Assembly: GCF_011386835.1 (NCBI RefSeq) | Contig: NC_088810.1 | Location: 1,674,001-1,738,000, forward strand | Direction of reading: 5' to 3' | From: Chrysemys picta bellii | Lineage: Eukaryota | DNA length: 64,000 nucleotides | Part shown: positions 52,745 through 64,000 of the stretch, one piece after another | How positions within the stretch are numbered: position 1 is the stretch's first letter | How the letters are laid out: the number at the start of each line of letters is the position of its first letter | Notes under the pieces: model-generated | Databases searched by the model: none | Seen by the model: only the letters and a program-made list of their open reading frames with translations | Told to the model about the DNA's origin: nothing | Position numbers and translations under genes: made by a program

Positions 52745-53805
52745 TCCCAGCTCTGGGAGGGGAGTGGGGGCTGGTGGGTTAGAGCAGAGGGGGCTGGGAG
52801 CCAGGACTCCTGGGTTCTCTCCCCAGCTCTGGGAGGGGAGTGGGGGCTGGTGGTTAGAGCAGGGGGGCTGGGAGCCAGGACTCCTAGGTTCTCTCCCTGG
52901 CTCTGGGAGGGGAGTGGGGGCTGGTGGGTTAGAGCAGGGGGGGCTGGGAGCCAGGACTCCTAGGTTCTCTCCCTGGCTCTGGGAGGGGAGTGGGGGCTGG
53001 TGGTTAGAGCAGGGGGGCTGGGAGCCAGGACTCCTAGGTTCTCTCCCCGGCTCTGGGAGGGGAGTGGGGGCTGGTGGTTAGAGCAGGGGGGGCTGGGAGC
53101 CAGGCCAGGACTCCTAGGTTCTCTCCCTGGCTCTGGGAGGGGAGTGGGGGCTGGTGGGTTAGAGCAGCGGGTGCTGGGAGCCAGGACTCCTGGGTTCTCT
53201 CCCCAGCTCTGGGAGGGGAGTGGGGGCTGGTGGTTAGAGCAGGGGGGGCTGGGAGCCAGGACTCCTAGGTTCTCTCCCTGGCTCTGGGAGGGGAGTGGGG
53301 GGTGGTGGGTTAGAGCAGGGGGTGCTGGGAGCCAGGACTCCTGGGTTCTCTCCCCAGCTCTGGGAGGGAAGTGGGGGCTGGTGGGTTAGAGCAGGGGGTG
53401 CTGGGAGCCAGGACTCCTGGGTTCTCTCCCCAGCTCTGGGAGGGGAGCGGGGGCTGGTGGTTAGAGCAGGGGGCGCTGGGAGCCAGGTCTCCTGGGTTCT
53501 CTCCCCAGCTCTGGGAGGGGAGTGGGGGCTGGTGGTTAGAGCAGGGGGTGCTGGGAGCCAGGACTCCTGGGTTCTCTCCCCAGCTCTGGGAGGGGAGTGG
53601 GGGCTGGTGGGTCAGAGCAGGGGGGGGCTGGGAGCCAGGACTCCTGGGTTCTCTCCCCGGCTCTGGGAGGGGAGTGGGGGCTGGTGGGTTAGAGCAATGG
53701 GGGCTGGGAGCCAGGACTCCTGGGTTCTCTCCCCAGCTCTGGGAGGGGAGTGGGGGCTGGTGGTTAGAGCAGGGGGGGCTGGGAGCCAGGACTCCTGGGT
53801 TCTGT
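52745..53805 (+). repeat. Tandem array of tRNA-derived SINE-head unit (~15 copies)
   Basis: Same unit family as 49846-50545. Confidence 0.9.
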
Positions 53806-54815
53806 CCTGGTTTGCGTACAGCTGCGATGGGATTTCTGGCGGGGGGGAGGGGATGTAGGCCTTGGGGCGGTGCCAGCTGCCAAGTTGTTTGCGCTAACAC
53901 AAGAGCCGCTCTTGGGCAATGTCCTGTCATGCGGCATTCTTGGGGAAGCGGGCGCCTGGCGAGGGCCTGTGGGAGCCTGTGGGTCTGGAGCCGGGGCGCT
54001 GAACACAGAGGAGGCCTTGGGCCTTGGAAGGTTGCCGAGCCCCAGCCCAGGTACCTGCTGCTCCCCCCAGGCCCTGCCCCTGCCCCCCAAGCAGGGAGGG
54101 TGGGTAGAGGCAGAAGGGCGCAGGGAAACGCCAGGTGCTGCCCCTTGCTCCGGGGATGGGCTACAACAGGGGCGATGCTCCCACGGGCTGGGCGCTGGAG
54201 GGCCCCATGGCGTCTGTGGGGCGCCACGCCCCACGCCTCTGGGCTCATGGGGCTCGGGCTGGGGGCGTGGCTGGGGAGCCTGGCAGCTCTCCGAGGGTCC
54301 TTCAGCCTCGAGCCAGACCCCTGGCCCCCGCGCTGGCTGCACCCAATGTTTGGGGCCGGCCCCGGGTCTCCCCCCTGCAGCTCCCCACTGCCTCCGCTCA
54401 GCTGGCTCCGGGCGTCAACTGCGGCTGCAGGGTCCTAGTGCCCCCCCCCCAGTGCCAGGGCAGGCTGTCCTTCCCCTGCCCTCCCCCCCGGACCCTCCAC
54501 CAGCACAGGGCCCCTCCCCCGCCCGCAGGCACCGCTCCTGCCCCACACTGGGCAAGGGGCAGCCCCATCCATCCCCCACCCCCAGTCAGGCTACGGTGAG
54601 GGGCAGCGGCAGGGGAGGAGGCGCCCATGTGATGCTCCCCCCACCACAGGGGAGGCGAGGGGGCTTCCTGGACCTGAGAGGGGCCCTAGGAGCACGTGCA
54701 GTGACCGTGGTGGGGGTGAGTGTGGTGGGGGGGAGAGGGGGGTCCCTCCCCCGGAGCTCGCTGCTGCCGGTGGGGAGAGGGCTGGGCGGAGTCCTCCTCT
54801 CTGGTCTGTCTGCAC

Positions 54816-56990
54816 CCCAAACTCCGCATCCCAGCCCCGCCCCAGCCCAGAGCCCATACCCCCTAACCCTCTGCCCCAGCCCATAGCCCCTCCCACACCC
54901 CAAACTCCTCATCCCAGCCCCGCCCCAGCCCAGAGCCCACACCCCCTAACCCTCTGCCCCAGCCCATAGCCCCTCCCACACCCCAAACTCCTCATCCCAG
55001 CCCCACCCCACCCCAGAGCCCACACCCCCTAACCCTCTGCCCCAGCCCATAGCCCCTCCCACACCCCAAACTCCTCATCCCCAGATCTGCCACACCCCCA
55101 GCCAGAGCCCTCACCCCCCACACCCCAATCGTCTGCCCTAGCCCTGAGCCCCTCCCACACCCCAAACTCCTCATCCCAGCCCCGCCCCAGCCCAGAGCCC
55201 ACACCCCCTAACCCTCTGCCCCAGCCCATAGCCCCTCCCACACCCCAAACTCCTCATCCCCAGATCTGCCACACCCCCAGCCAGAGCCCTCACCCCTCAC
55301 CCCCCACACCCCAATCATCTGCCCTAGCCCTGAGCCCCTCCCACACCCCAAACTCCTCATCCCCAGATCTGCCACACCCCCACCCAGAGCCCTCACCCCC
55401 CACACCCCAATCCTCTGCCCTAGCCCATAGCCCCTCCCACACCCCAAACTCCTCATCCCAGCCCCACCCCAGCCCAGAGCCCACACCCCCTAACCCTCTG
55501 CCCCAGCCCATAGCCCCTCCCACACCCCAAACTCCTCATCCCAGCCCCGCCCCACCCCAGAGCCCACACCCCCTAACCCTCTGCCCCAGCCCATAGCCCC
55601 TCCCACACCCCAAACTCCGCATCCCAGCCCCACCCCAGCCCAGAGCCCACACCCCCTAACCCTCTGCCCCAGCCCATAGCCCCTCCCACACCCCAAACTC
55701 CTCATCCCAGCCCCACCCCAGCCCAGAGCCCACACCCCCTAACCCTCTGCCCCAGCCCATAGCCCCTCCCACACCCCAAACTCCTCATCCCAGCCCCACC
55801 CCAGCCCAGAGCCCACACCCCCTAACCCTCTGCCCCAGCCCATAGCCCCTCCCACACCCCAAACTCCTCATCCCAGCCCCACCCCAGCCCAGAGCCCACA
55901 CCCCCTAACCCTCTGCCCCAGCCCATAGCCCCTCCCACACCCCAAACTCCTCATCCCCAGATCTGCCACACCCCCAGCCAGAGCCCTCACCCCCCACACC
56001 CCAATTCTCTGCCCTAGCCCTGAGCCCCTCCCACACCCCAAACTCCTCATCCCCAGATCTGCCACACCCCCAGCCAGAGCCCTCACCCCCCCACCCCAAT
56101 TCTCTGCCCCAGCCCATAGCCCCTCCCACACCCCAAACTCCTCATCCCAGCCCCTCCCCACCCCAGAGCCCTCACCCCTAACCCTCTGCCCCAGCCCATA
56201 GCCCCTCCCACACCCCAAACTTCTCATCCCAGCCCCGCCCCAGCCCAGAGCCCACACCCCCGAACCCTCTGCCCCAGCCCATAGCCCCTCCCACACTCCA
56301 AACTCCTCATCCCAGCCCCGCCCCAGCCCAGAGCCCACACCCCCTAACCCTCTGCCCCAGCCCATAGCCCCTCCCACACCCCAAACTCCTCATCCCAGCC
56401 CCACCCCACCCCAGAGCCCACACCCTCTAACCCTCTGCCCCAGCCCATAGCCCCTCCCACACCCCAAACTCCTCATCCCAGCCCCACCCCAGCCCAGAGC
56501 CCACACCCCCTAACCCTCTGCCCCAGCCCATAGCCCCTCCCACACCCCAAACTCCTCATCCCCAGATCTGCCACACCCCCAGCCAGAGCCCTCACCCCCC
56601 CACCCCAATTCTCTGCCCTAGCCCTGAGCCCCTCCCACACCCCAAACTCCTCATCCCAGCCCCACCCCACCCCACCCCAGAGCCCACACCCCCAGCCAGA
56701 TCTCACCCCCACACCCCAACCTTCTGCCCCAGCCCTGAACCTCTTCCTGCATCATGAACCTCTCACCCGCAGCCCCACCCCACACCCCAACCCTCTGCCC
56801 TAGCCCCTCCCACCCTGCCATCCCCAGCCCCACCCCACCCCCCAACCCTTTGCCCTAGCCCCTCCAAATCCCCCACCCCCAGCCCCACCCCACCCCCCAA
56901 CCCTTTGCCCTAGCCCCTCCAAATCCCCCACCCCCAGCCCCACCCCACCCCCCAACCCTCTGCCCTAGCCCCTCCAAATCCCCCACCGGG
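54816..56990. repeat. C-rich minisatellite (~83-bp unit, two alternating variants)
   Basis: ccccaaactcctcatcccagccccaccccagcccagagcccacaccccctaaccctctgccccagcccatagcccctcccaca repeated. Confidence 0.95.
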
Positions 56991-57660
56991 TGTAACTAAC
57001 CTGGTCAATGGAAGTACCCGCCCCCTTTCCCAATCCGTAGGGCTCCGGGTTTATGCTACTTCTGCAGATGTGCAGGACCTATTCCCAGTGAATGTGCCTT
57101 ACATAGTAATATCCTACGTCACCTCTATTTATTAACAGTCACCAGAACCAGACGGCACACGCGACACACACAGTGCTCCCCACTCCCAATCAGACACATG
57201 AACTTTTCCTGCTGGCCAGCCAGGATCAGGATCGGGGCCGTCTGGGGGACTCTGGTTTCTGCACGGCGTCATTGGCAGGGCGTTGAGGTCTGGTGGCTCT
57301 GGTCTTTGGGGCCGTGTCCTGGAGTTGGTTCCCCAAGAACTTCCTTTTGGACCCCAGTTTATATAGTGAACGTTGAGTCCTTTTTAGCTGAACCTTAACC
57401 AATCATGATACTAACATTTGACTAACCAATCCTAACATAGTGTAACACAATGCTCTAGCCAATCATCTCCCACCACCTTCATTAATTCACTAGCCAAATT
57501 AATTATGTAAGAGGCAGAAACAATCAGAGAACCAGACAGAGACCAGACAGATAACAATAGGGAAGTGGGGTCCATACAGATAAAACAATAAAGAAATGAG
57601 GATTTCACAACCACCGCTATTGATAAGTGGTTTCTTGCCAGACAGGGTGTACCATCTTAA

Positions 57661-57874
57661 CAGGGCCGGCTCCAGGCACCAGCTGGGCAAGCAGGTGCTT
57701 GGGGCGGCCACTCCGGAGAGGGGCGGCACGTCCAGCTATTCGGCGGCAATTCGGCGGACGGCCCCTCACTCCCGCTCGGAGCGAAGGACCTCCCGCCGAA
57801 TGGCCACCACAGATCGCGGCTTTTTTTTTTTTTTTTGGCTGCTTGGGGCGGCCAAAACCCTGCAGCCGGCCCTG
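57661..57874. mobile_element. hAT MITE (214 bp)
   Basis: TIR CAGGGCCGGC...GCCGGCCCTG; 8-bp TSD CATCTTAA/CATCTTAC. Confidence 0.88.
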
Positions 57875-57959
57875 CATCTTACGATCTGTTTCTGTATCCG
57901 GTGATAGTGGGGGCCATTAGGACGGGGTCTCCTTCTTACCAGCCTGATCTTACATTGTT

Positions 57960-58785
57960 TAGGGTTACCATACGTCCGGGTTTCCCCGGACATGTCCGGC
58001 TTTTCGCTCTTTAAATAGCCGTCCGGGGGGGGATTTCTAAAAATCTAAAAATGTCCGGGATTTCCCCCCGGTCGGCTATTTAAAGAGGGAAAAGCGGCTG
58101 ACAGGGCGGCCGAGTGCCGCTCGCATTGGGGCCTCGGCTGCCAAAGCCCCTTCCTGGCTCCCCCCATCCCCTGCAGACTTAGCACGCCACCCGGCAGCGC
58201 TCGGGCGGAGCGGAGCCAGACACCTGCTCTAAGCCGAGCGGCACGGTAAGGGGGCCGGGGAGTTGGAGAAGGCGGGCAATCAGGGGACAGGGAGCAGGGG
58301 GGGGATTGGATGGGTCAGGGGTTCTGGGGGAGCTGTCAGGGGGGCAGGGGTGTGGAGAGGGGTCGAGGCAGGCAGGGAGCAGAGGGGGTTGGATGGATAG
58401 GGAGTTCTGGGGGTCCTGTCAGGGGTGGAGAGTGGTTGGATGGGGCGTGGGAATCCCAGGGGTCTGTCTGGGGGCAGGGGTGTGAATATGGGGTGGGGGT
58501 GTGGATAAGGGTCAAGGGACAGGTAGGGTCCAAGGGGGGCAGTTAGGGTGGGGGGTTCTCAGGAGGGGGCAGTCAGGGGACAAGAAGCAGGGAGGCTTAG
58601 ATAGGAGGTGGAGTCCTAGGGGGCAGTTAGTGGCGGGGGTCCCAGGAGGGGGCAGTCAGGGGACAAGGAGCAGGGGGGGTTGGGGGTTCTGAGGGGGGCA
58701 GTCAGGGGATGGGAAGTGGGAGGGAGTGGATGGGGGCGGGGCAAGAGCGGGGCTCCCCCCCCCGTGTGGAAATATGGTAACCCTA
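57960..58785. mobile_element. Non-autonomous hAT element (826 bp)
   Basis: TIR TAGGGTTACCATA...TATGGTAACCCTA; 8-bp TSD ACATTGTT/ACCTTGTT. Confidence 0.88.
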
Positions 58786-59012
58786 ACCTTGTTTTAATGT
58801 CATTTCGATGTGACTTCCTGCTTCATAGCTAACGGCTGCTACTCAGTGCTCTGTGAACCTGGCTGCAGACGAAGGCCTGATCCTGGCAGTGGTTGCCGAG
58901 GAAGGTGCAAGTGGCCAGTGGTCGACTTAGCTGTTCCTTCCTGACCCTTGGGAGGGGGCGGTTAGCTCACCCTGGAGCATGGGGGTTCTAGTTACTCTAA
59001 CCCCCCCTAGAG

Positions 59013-59222
59013 CAGTGGTTCTCAGACTGGTGACCCCTTTCACACAGCAACCCTCCGAGTGCGGCCCCCCTAATAAATTAAAAACACTGGTTATGTATTT
59101 AACACCATTATCAATGCTGGAGGCAAAGCGGGGTTTAGGGTGGAGGCTGACAGCTCGCGACCCCCCTTGTAATAACCTCACAACGCCCTGAGGGGTCCCG
59201 ACCCCCAATTTGAGATCCCCTG
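59013..59222. mobile_element. hAT-Charlie-like MITE (210 bp)
   Basis: CAGTGGTTCTCA...TGAGATCCCCTG termini; 8-bp TSD CCCTAGAG/CCCTATAG. Confidence 0.8.
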
Positions 59223-59806
59223 CCCTATAGGAACCCTGGATTCTCCCATTGGCTATACAGACCTCCCCTGCTCCCCATGAGACCCCCCCCCCCAAGCCCA
59301 GGACTTCAGCAAGGTCCTGTAGCAGTGAGTTCCACGGGGTAATTTTGCAGAGGGAAAATATATATCGGTTGACATTTACCTGTTATTATCAGGAGCCGCA
59401 GCAGTGGGACTGATATGGCACTGACGCGCCCCACGCTTGGATGAGGGCCCCCCCAGTGCTAGGTGATGCAGACACAGAGATGTTTTCAGTGGGGCAGGAC
59501 TCGGGGGCTGTATCCCTGGCTCTGGGAGGGGAACGGCGTCTAGTGGGCTAGAGGGGCTGGGAGGCAGGACGCCTGGATTCTATCCCCAGCTCTGGGAGGG
59601 GAATGGGGTCTAGTGGTTAGAGCAGGGGGGGCTGGGAGCCAGGACGCCTGGGTTCTATCCCCAGCTCTGGGAGGGGAATGGGGTCTAGTGGGTTGGAGTG
59701 GGGGATGTCTGGGAGCCAGGACTCCTGGGTCCTTGCCTCACCTCACAGAGAGGCCCAATCCAATGTTAACCCTTTCCCTGCAGAACACTGGCGAGTGTCC
59801 AAGAAA

Positions 59807-62800
59807 ATGCACCCCAGTGATTCCAGGCAGGTCCTGAAGGGGGCGCTGCTCTGCTCCCTGCTCTCAGCTCTGCTGCTCCAAGGTACTGACACATCTCCAC
59901 AGAGTCCAGCGGGGTCCTGTGTTTACTGGTGGGGGCATGGGCTGGGAGCCAGGACGCCTGGGTTCTCTCCTGGCTCTGGGAGGGGGGGTCTAGTGGTTAG
60001 AGCAGGGGGCTGGGAGCCAGGACTCCTGGATTCTGTCCAAGTTCTGGGAGGGGAGTGGGGTCTAGTGGTTAGAGGGTGGTGGGGGTGGGGGAGTGGGGCT
60101 GGGAGCCAGGACTCCTGGGTTCTGTCCAAGTTCTGGGAGGGGAGTGGGGTCTAGTGGTTAGAGGGAGGTGGGGGTGGGGGAGTGGGGCTGGGAGCCAGGA
60201 CTCCTGGGTTCTGTCCTATCCTCTCCCATCTCTTCTCTCCCAGTGGCTGTCGGGCTGGAGTGCTACAGCTACACGGGCACCTTCACGGGCAACATCTCTC
60301 TGGGCGAGGTGCCCAAGGTTACCTGCGGGCCGGCGCAGAACGTCTGTGCTGAGGGGCTGATTGCCCTGAGCACCGGTAACGCTGCCTGGAGATCTGGGGC
60401 ACCCTGGGACGGCGCCACACCCCGAGGGACAGGGGGCTGATCCGGAAGGGGGCAGGATACTGGGCTAGATGGGCCCATGGGGCAGATCCGGGGGGAGGGG
60501 GCAGTTCTGGGCTAGATGGGCCCCTGGGGCAGATCTGGGATTGGGGGGATACCGGGATAGATGGGTCCATGGGGTTGAACCGGGAGGAGGTGGGATACCA
60601 GGCTTGATGGATCCATGGGGCTGATCCTGGGGGGGCGGGACGGGGCAGGACATCAGGGTGGCTGGGCCCGTGGGGATGAGCCGGTGTGGGCCTGTGGAAC
60701 TCCCTGCTGCCCCCTTCACTGTCCCGCGTTGGGGTCCCGTCTCCCCAGGGGGGCAGCGGATGCTGGTTGTGATGAAGAAGGGCTGCCACGCGGCGTTGAT
60801 TCGGGACATCTCCGGCATTAGCGATGGTCCGTATCTCCCCAACTACTATCACACCCGCTTCTGCAACGCCAGCCTCTGTAACCACCGGTACCGGGACAAT
60901 AGCCACATCCCGGTCTTTTCCACAGGTACCGGCCTCAGCCTCCGGGGGGCTCCCATCCGGCCCCAGGGCGGGACTGGCTGGCTCACAGGGGCGGGAATGG
61001 GGCCTGGGGCCTGTCCCCTCTAGGGGGCGCCGGTTCCCATCCAGCCCCAGGGTAGGGACTGGCTGGCTCACAGGGGCGGGAATGGGGCATGGGGCCTGTC
61101 CCCTCTAGGGGGCGCTGGCTCCCATCCAGCCCCAGGGCAGGGACTGGCTGGCTCAGGGGTGCGGGAATGGGGCAGGGGCCTGTCCCCTCGAGGGGGCGCC
61201 GGCTCCCATCCAGCCCCAGGGCAGGGACTGGCTGGCTCAGGGGGGAGGGAATGGGGCAGGGGCCTGTCCCCTCGAGGGGGCGCCGGCTCCCATCCGGCCC
61301 CAGGTTGGGACTGGCTGGCTCAGGGGGGCGGGAATGGGGCAGGGGCCTGTCCCCTCGAGGGGGCGCCGGGTCCCATCTGGCCCAGGCAAGGACTGACTGG
61401 CTCATGGAGTGGGGAATGGGATCTTTCCCCTCCAGGGGGCACCAGCCCCAATCCCATCCACAGCTATTTGGGGTGCTCCGTGTGAACTGATTTTCTGGGT
61501 CTCAGCTCAGGTCCTAATGGGTTTCTCCCCCCCGCCCCGTTCGGGCCCCCACCCCTACCAAGGGGTGTCTGATGAGCTTGGGTTTCTGCATCTCCCCTCG
61601 TCCCCCCACTCTGTCTAGGTCAGTGGGGCTGGTTCCTCACCCCTTTCCCCTCCTGCAGCGCCCCCAGACAACACTTCCACCAGCCTCCTGTGCTACACCT
61701 GCATCGGGACCACTCCGGAGAGCTGCTCCCTGCGCCGCGCCCAGCAGAGCCAGTGCCATGACGACTTCCCGTGGTGCTACGAGGGGATGGGCACGGCCAC
61801 CATCGGTAGGGAGGGGCCAGCCTCGGAGCTGCCGGGGTGCGGGGGGGCAGCCAGGACTCTTGGGTTCCCAGCGCAGTAGGATCGGGGAATGGGACATGGG
61901 GCCTTTCCACTTTAGGGGGCACCGGCCCTGATCCGGCTGCAGGCCGGGGACTGGCTGGCTTGGTGGGGGGAGCTGGAGGGGTCAGGCCCAGAAGTGCAGC
62001 CGGAGGGCACTGTCCGTGGCACTGGGGAGAGGGCTGAGTGGAGCGAGAGGCGTCCCAATGGCTGGCTGGGTATGTCTAGGTCAAGGGAGGGCTGGCGGAG
62101 GTGTACATGGGGGTGGGGGGCCTGGCAAGATGGCTGGCTGGGGGATGTCCAGTGGTGAGGGGGATGGCTGGATGGAGAGATGTGTGTGGGCGAAGGGACT
62201 GGATGGATGGATGGACGGACGCCGGATNNNNNNNNNNNNNNNNNNNNNNNNNNNNNNNNNNNNNNNNNNNNNNNNNNNNNNNNNNNNNNNNNNNNNNNNN
62301 NNNNNNNNNNNNNNNNNNNNNNNNNNNNNNNNNNNNNNNNNNNNNNNNNNNNNNNNNNNNNNNNNNNNNNNNNNNNNNNNNNNNNNNNNNNNNNNNNNNN
62401 NNNNNNNNNNNNNNNNNNNNNNNNNNNNNNNNNNNNNNNNNNNNNNNNNNNNNNNNNNNNNNNNNNNNNNNNNNNNNNNNNNNNNNNNNNNNNNNNNNNN
62501 NNNNNNNNNNNGGATGGATGGTTGGGGGAGTGGATGGATGGATGGACAGATAGACAGGGCCGCCGAGAGCGGGTTCGGGCCCCGGTGAAAAAACTTTTTC
62601 GGGCCCCCCAGCAAGGGCGGACTGGCTAAACAGGGCTGATGGGGGGATGGGGGAAGCCGGGCCCAGGCCCCCTTCCGGACCGCTGGGCCCCGGTAATTTG
62701 TACCGGCTCCCCCCCCTCTCGTTGGCCCTGCAGATAGATGGATGGCTGGACGGATGGATGGATGGACAGATGGATATAGATGTGTACGGGGATGGCTGGC

Positions 62801-63155
62801 TGGAGGGCTGTATATGTGGCCAGCAGGGCGGCGGGGTGCGTCCAGTGAGGGACAGACAGACAGCCGTCTGACCCTCTCTCTGGGCTTCCCAGGGGGCTTT
62901 GTGGTGCCCATCTATCTCCGCTCCTGCCAGTCGGTGAGCTGCGCGTCGATCACGCCGAACAACCCTTGGCTGAATATCCAGCTCGAGAGGACGTCCTGCT
63001 GTTCCCAGCCCCTGTGCAACCACGCGCCGGAGCCGGCGCCCACCCGCCTCTCGCGCACAGTCCCCACCCGGGACCGCCCCACCAATGCCAGCCCCCGGCC
63101 TGGGCTGTCCCTGCCCGCGCTGCTGCTGCTGGGGGGGCTGGGCCTGGGGGGCTGA
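59807..63155 (+). CDS. LYPD5: Ly6/PLAUR domain-containing protein 5 (Haldisin)-like, 264 aa, GPI-anchored, two LU domains
   Basis: Exons 59807-59882, 60244-60375, 60749-60925, 61659-61805, 62893-63155, all phase 1 and GT-AG. Domain I LECYSYTGTF has 6 Cys, like human LYPD5 LQCYSF. Domain II CYTCIG...GGFVVPIYLRSC...NPW...CCSQPLCN resembles LYPD5 domain II. Hydrophobic tail. The acceptor at 59783 implies an upstream non-coding exon. Confidence 0.82.
60960..61400 (+). repeat. ~84-bp tandem repeat with CTCF-like core (LYPD5 intron 3)
   Basis: Five units, each containing CCCTC(T/G)AGGGGGCGC. Confidence 0.85.
62228..62511. other. Assembly gap (284 N) within a (GGAT)n-rich tract in LYPD5 intron 4
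   Basis: N run flanked by ggatggat repeats. Confidence 0.99.
62555..62730. mobile_element. hAT MITE (176 bp)
   Basis: CAGGGCC...GGCCCTG termini; perfect 8-bp TSD CAGATAGA. Confidence 0.88.
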
Positions 63156-63660
63156 GAGGGCTGCTCCAGGATCAGGGCAGGGGATAGAGACGCCCCCTAT
63201 AGAGGACCCCTCCCAGTCCTGGGTGCACCATAAACTCCGTCGAGCCAGCCCCGGCCCAGCCCCCCCAGTTCCCACCGTGCCCAGCTCCTCCCCCGCCCTT
63301 TGCCCCCCAATGCACCGCAGCCCCATGAAGTGATGGAGATGCTGCCTAGGGCTCTTTAATACCCGTCCCTCTGGAGCAGGGGAGACGCTGTCCCCGCTAG
63401 GTGCGGTCACGGGGCTCCTGCATGGCCGGCGGCTGCCGCGCCCCCGCCCAAACTCCCCAGCCCAATCGCGCTTCATGTGGGGACTGGGGATTTCTTTGTA
63501 AACGTACAACGGCTGAGCCGGAGAGCCCGGAGCCACCCCATCCGGCCAGGCCGAGGGTATTGAGTGGGAGCTGAGGGACGGCTGCGCCGGATCAGCCCCA
63601 TGGGCCCATCTACCTCAGTGTCCCGCCTCCTTCTTGCCCCCGGATCGGCCCCACAGGCCC

Positions 63661-64000
63661 TGTGACGGGTTGTACCCCCTGGGGTGCCGTCTGGGAGCTG
63701 TTGGAACTGCTGTGGCCCCTTGATTATTCAGAGGGGCCGGCTCAGCCATTTTCTCCAGGCCCTGCTATCACCCAACACGACAGCAGGTGGCGCCACACAC
63801 CCAACTGAGTTACCTGAGTGCTTTACCGAAGCCACGCAAACACCAGCCCATCTCCCAGCTCCCCCGCCTGGCACCCCTGCTGGAGTATAAACCCAGGGAT
63901 CTGTACAGTGCAACCTCAGTCACGAAGTCACTCCCCCCATGTAGGCAACAAGCCAGTGTTAGCCAAGATGAGTTTTTCCCAGACACTTCACTCAAAACCC
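63661..64000. mobile_element. Probable LTR, truncated by the window edge
   Basis: Starts TGTGACG, like the other LTRs in this window; no second end visible. Confidence 0.55.

Larger units (their letters stand above)
56991..58860 (-). mobile_element. Probable LTR-like AT-rich element interrupted by two hAT elements
   Basis: Starts TGTAAC at 56991; minus-strand AATAAA at ~57128; AT-rich body. The right end is not clearly defined. Confidence 0.5.

Noticed and set aside
53295-54886. ORFs of 187-355 aa on both strands
   Set aside because: Derived from the SINE-head array and GC-rich low-complexity sequence; no domain or splice-consistent structure.
62016-63536. ORFs spanning the N run (for example the 486-aa ORF)
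   Set aside because: Artefacts of translating the assembly gap and (GGAT)n repeats.

Overview
GC-rich vertebrate genomic DNA, most likely a turtle (inferred from the CR1, hAT, LTR and MIR-like repeat content). Its genes match the human 19q13.3 neighbourhood. I resolved six genes by hand from GT-AG boundaries and exon phase. (1) The last 11 coding exons of PHLDB3 (+, 334-6233). (2) A chemoattractant-family class A GPCR (-, 8896-9936). (3, 4) Two paralogous chemoattractant GPCRs (-, 21255-26457 and 32163-38802), each with a 12-codon first coding exon that the ORF track misses. They lie in a head-to-tail duplication (unit A ~13142-28735, unit B ~28736-39935). (5) LYPD3/C4.4A (-, 44530-49128). 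(6) A head-to-head LYPD5/Haldisin-like gene (+, 59807-63155). The most interesting signals are: a 1.1-kb Gypsy-derived element with two inverted LTRs flanked by an apparent 5-bp target duplication; a unit-A receptor carrying D2.50N plus R3.50C (candidate decoy or decaying copy), bracketed by two sense-oriented solo LTRs absent from unit B; and several homotypic motif arrays (CCAAT, ZNF143, YY1, CTCF, octamer, SOX/GATA) built from degenerate tandem repeats. All coordinates, counts and identities were read by eye, with no searches run.
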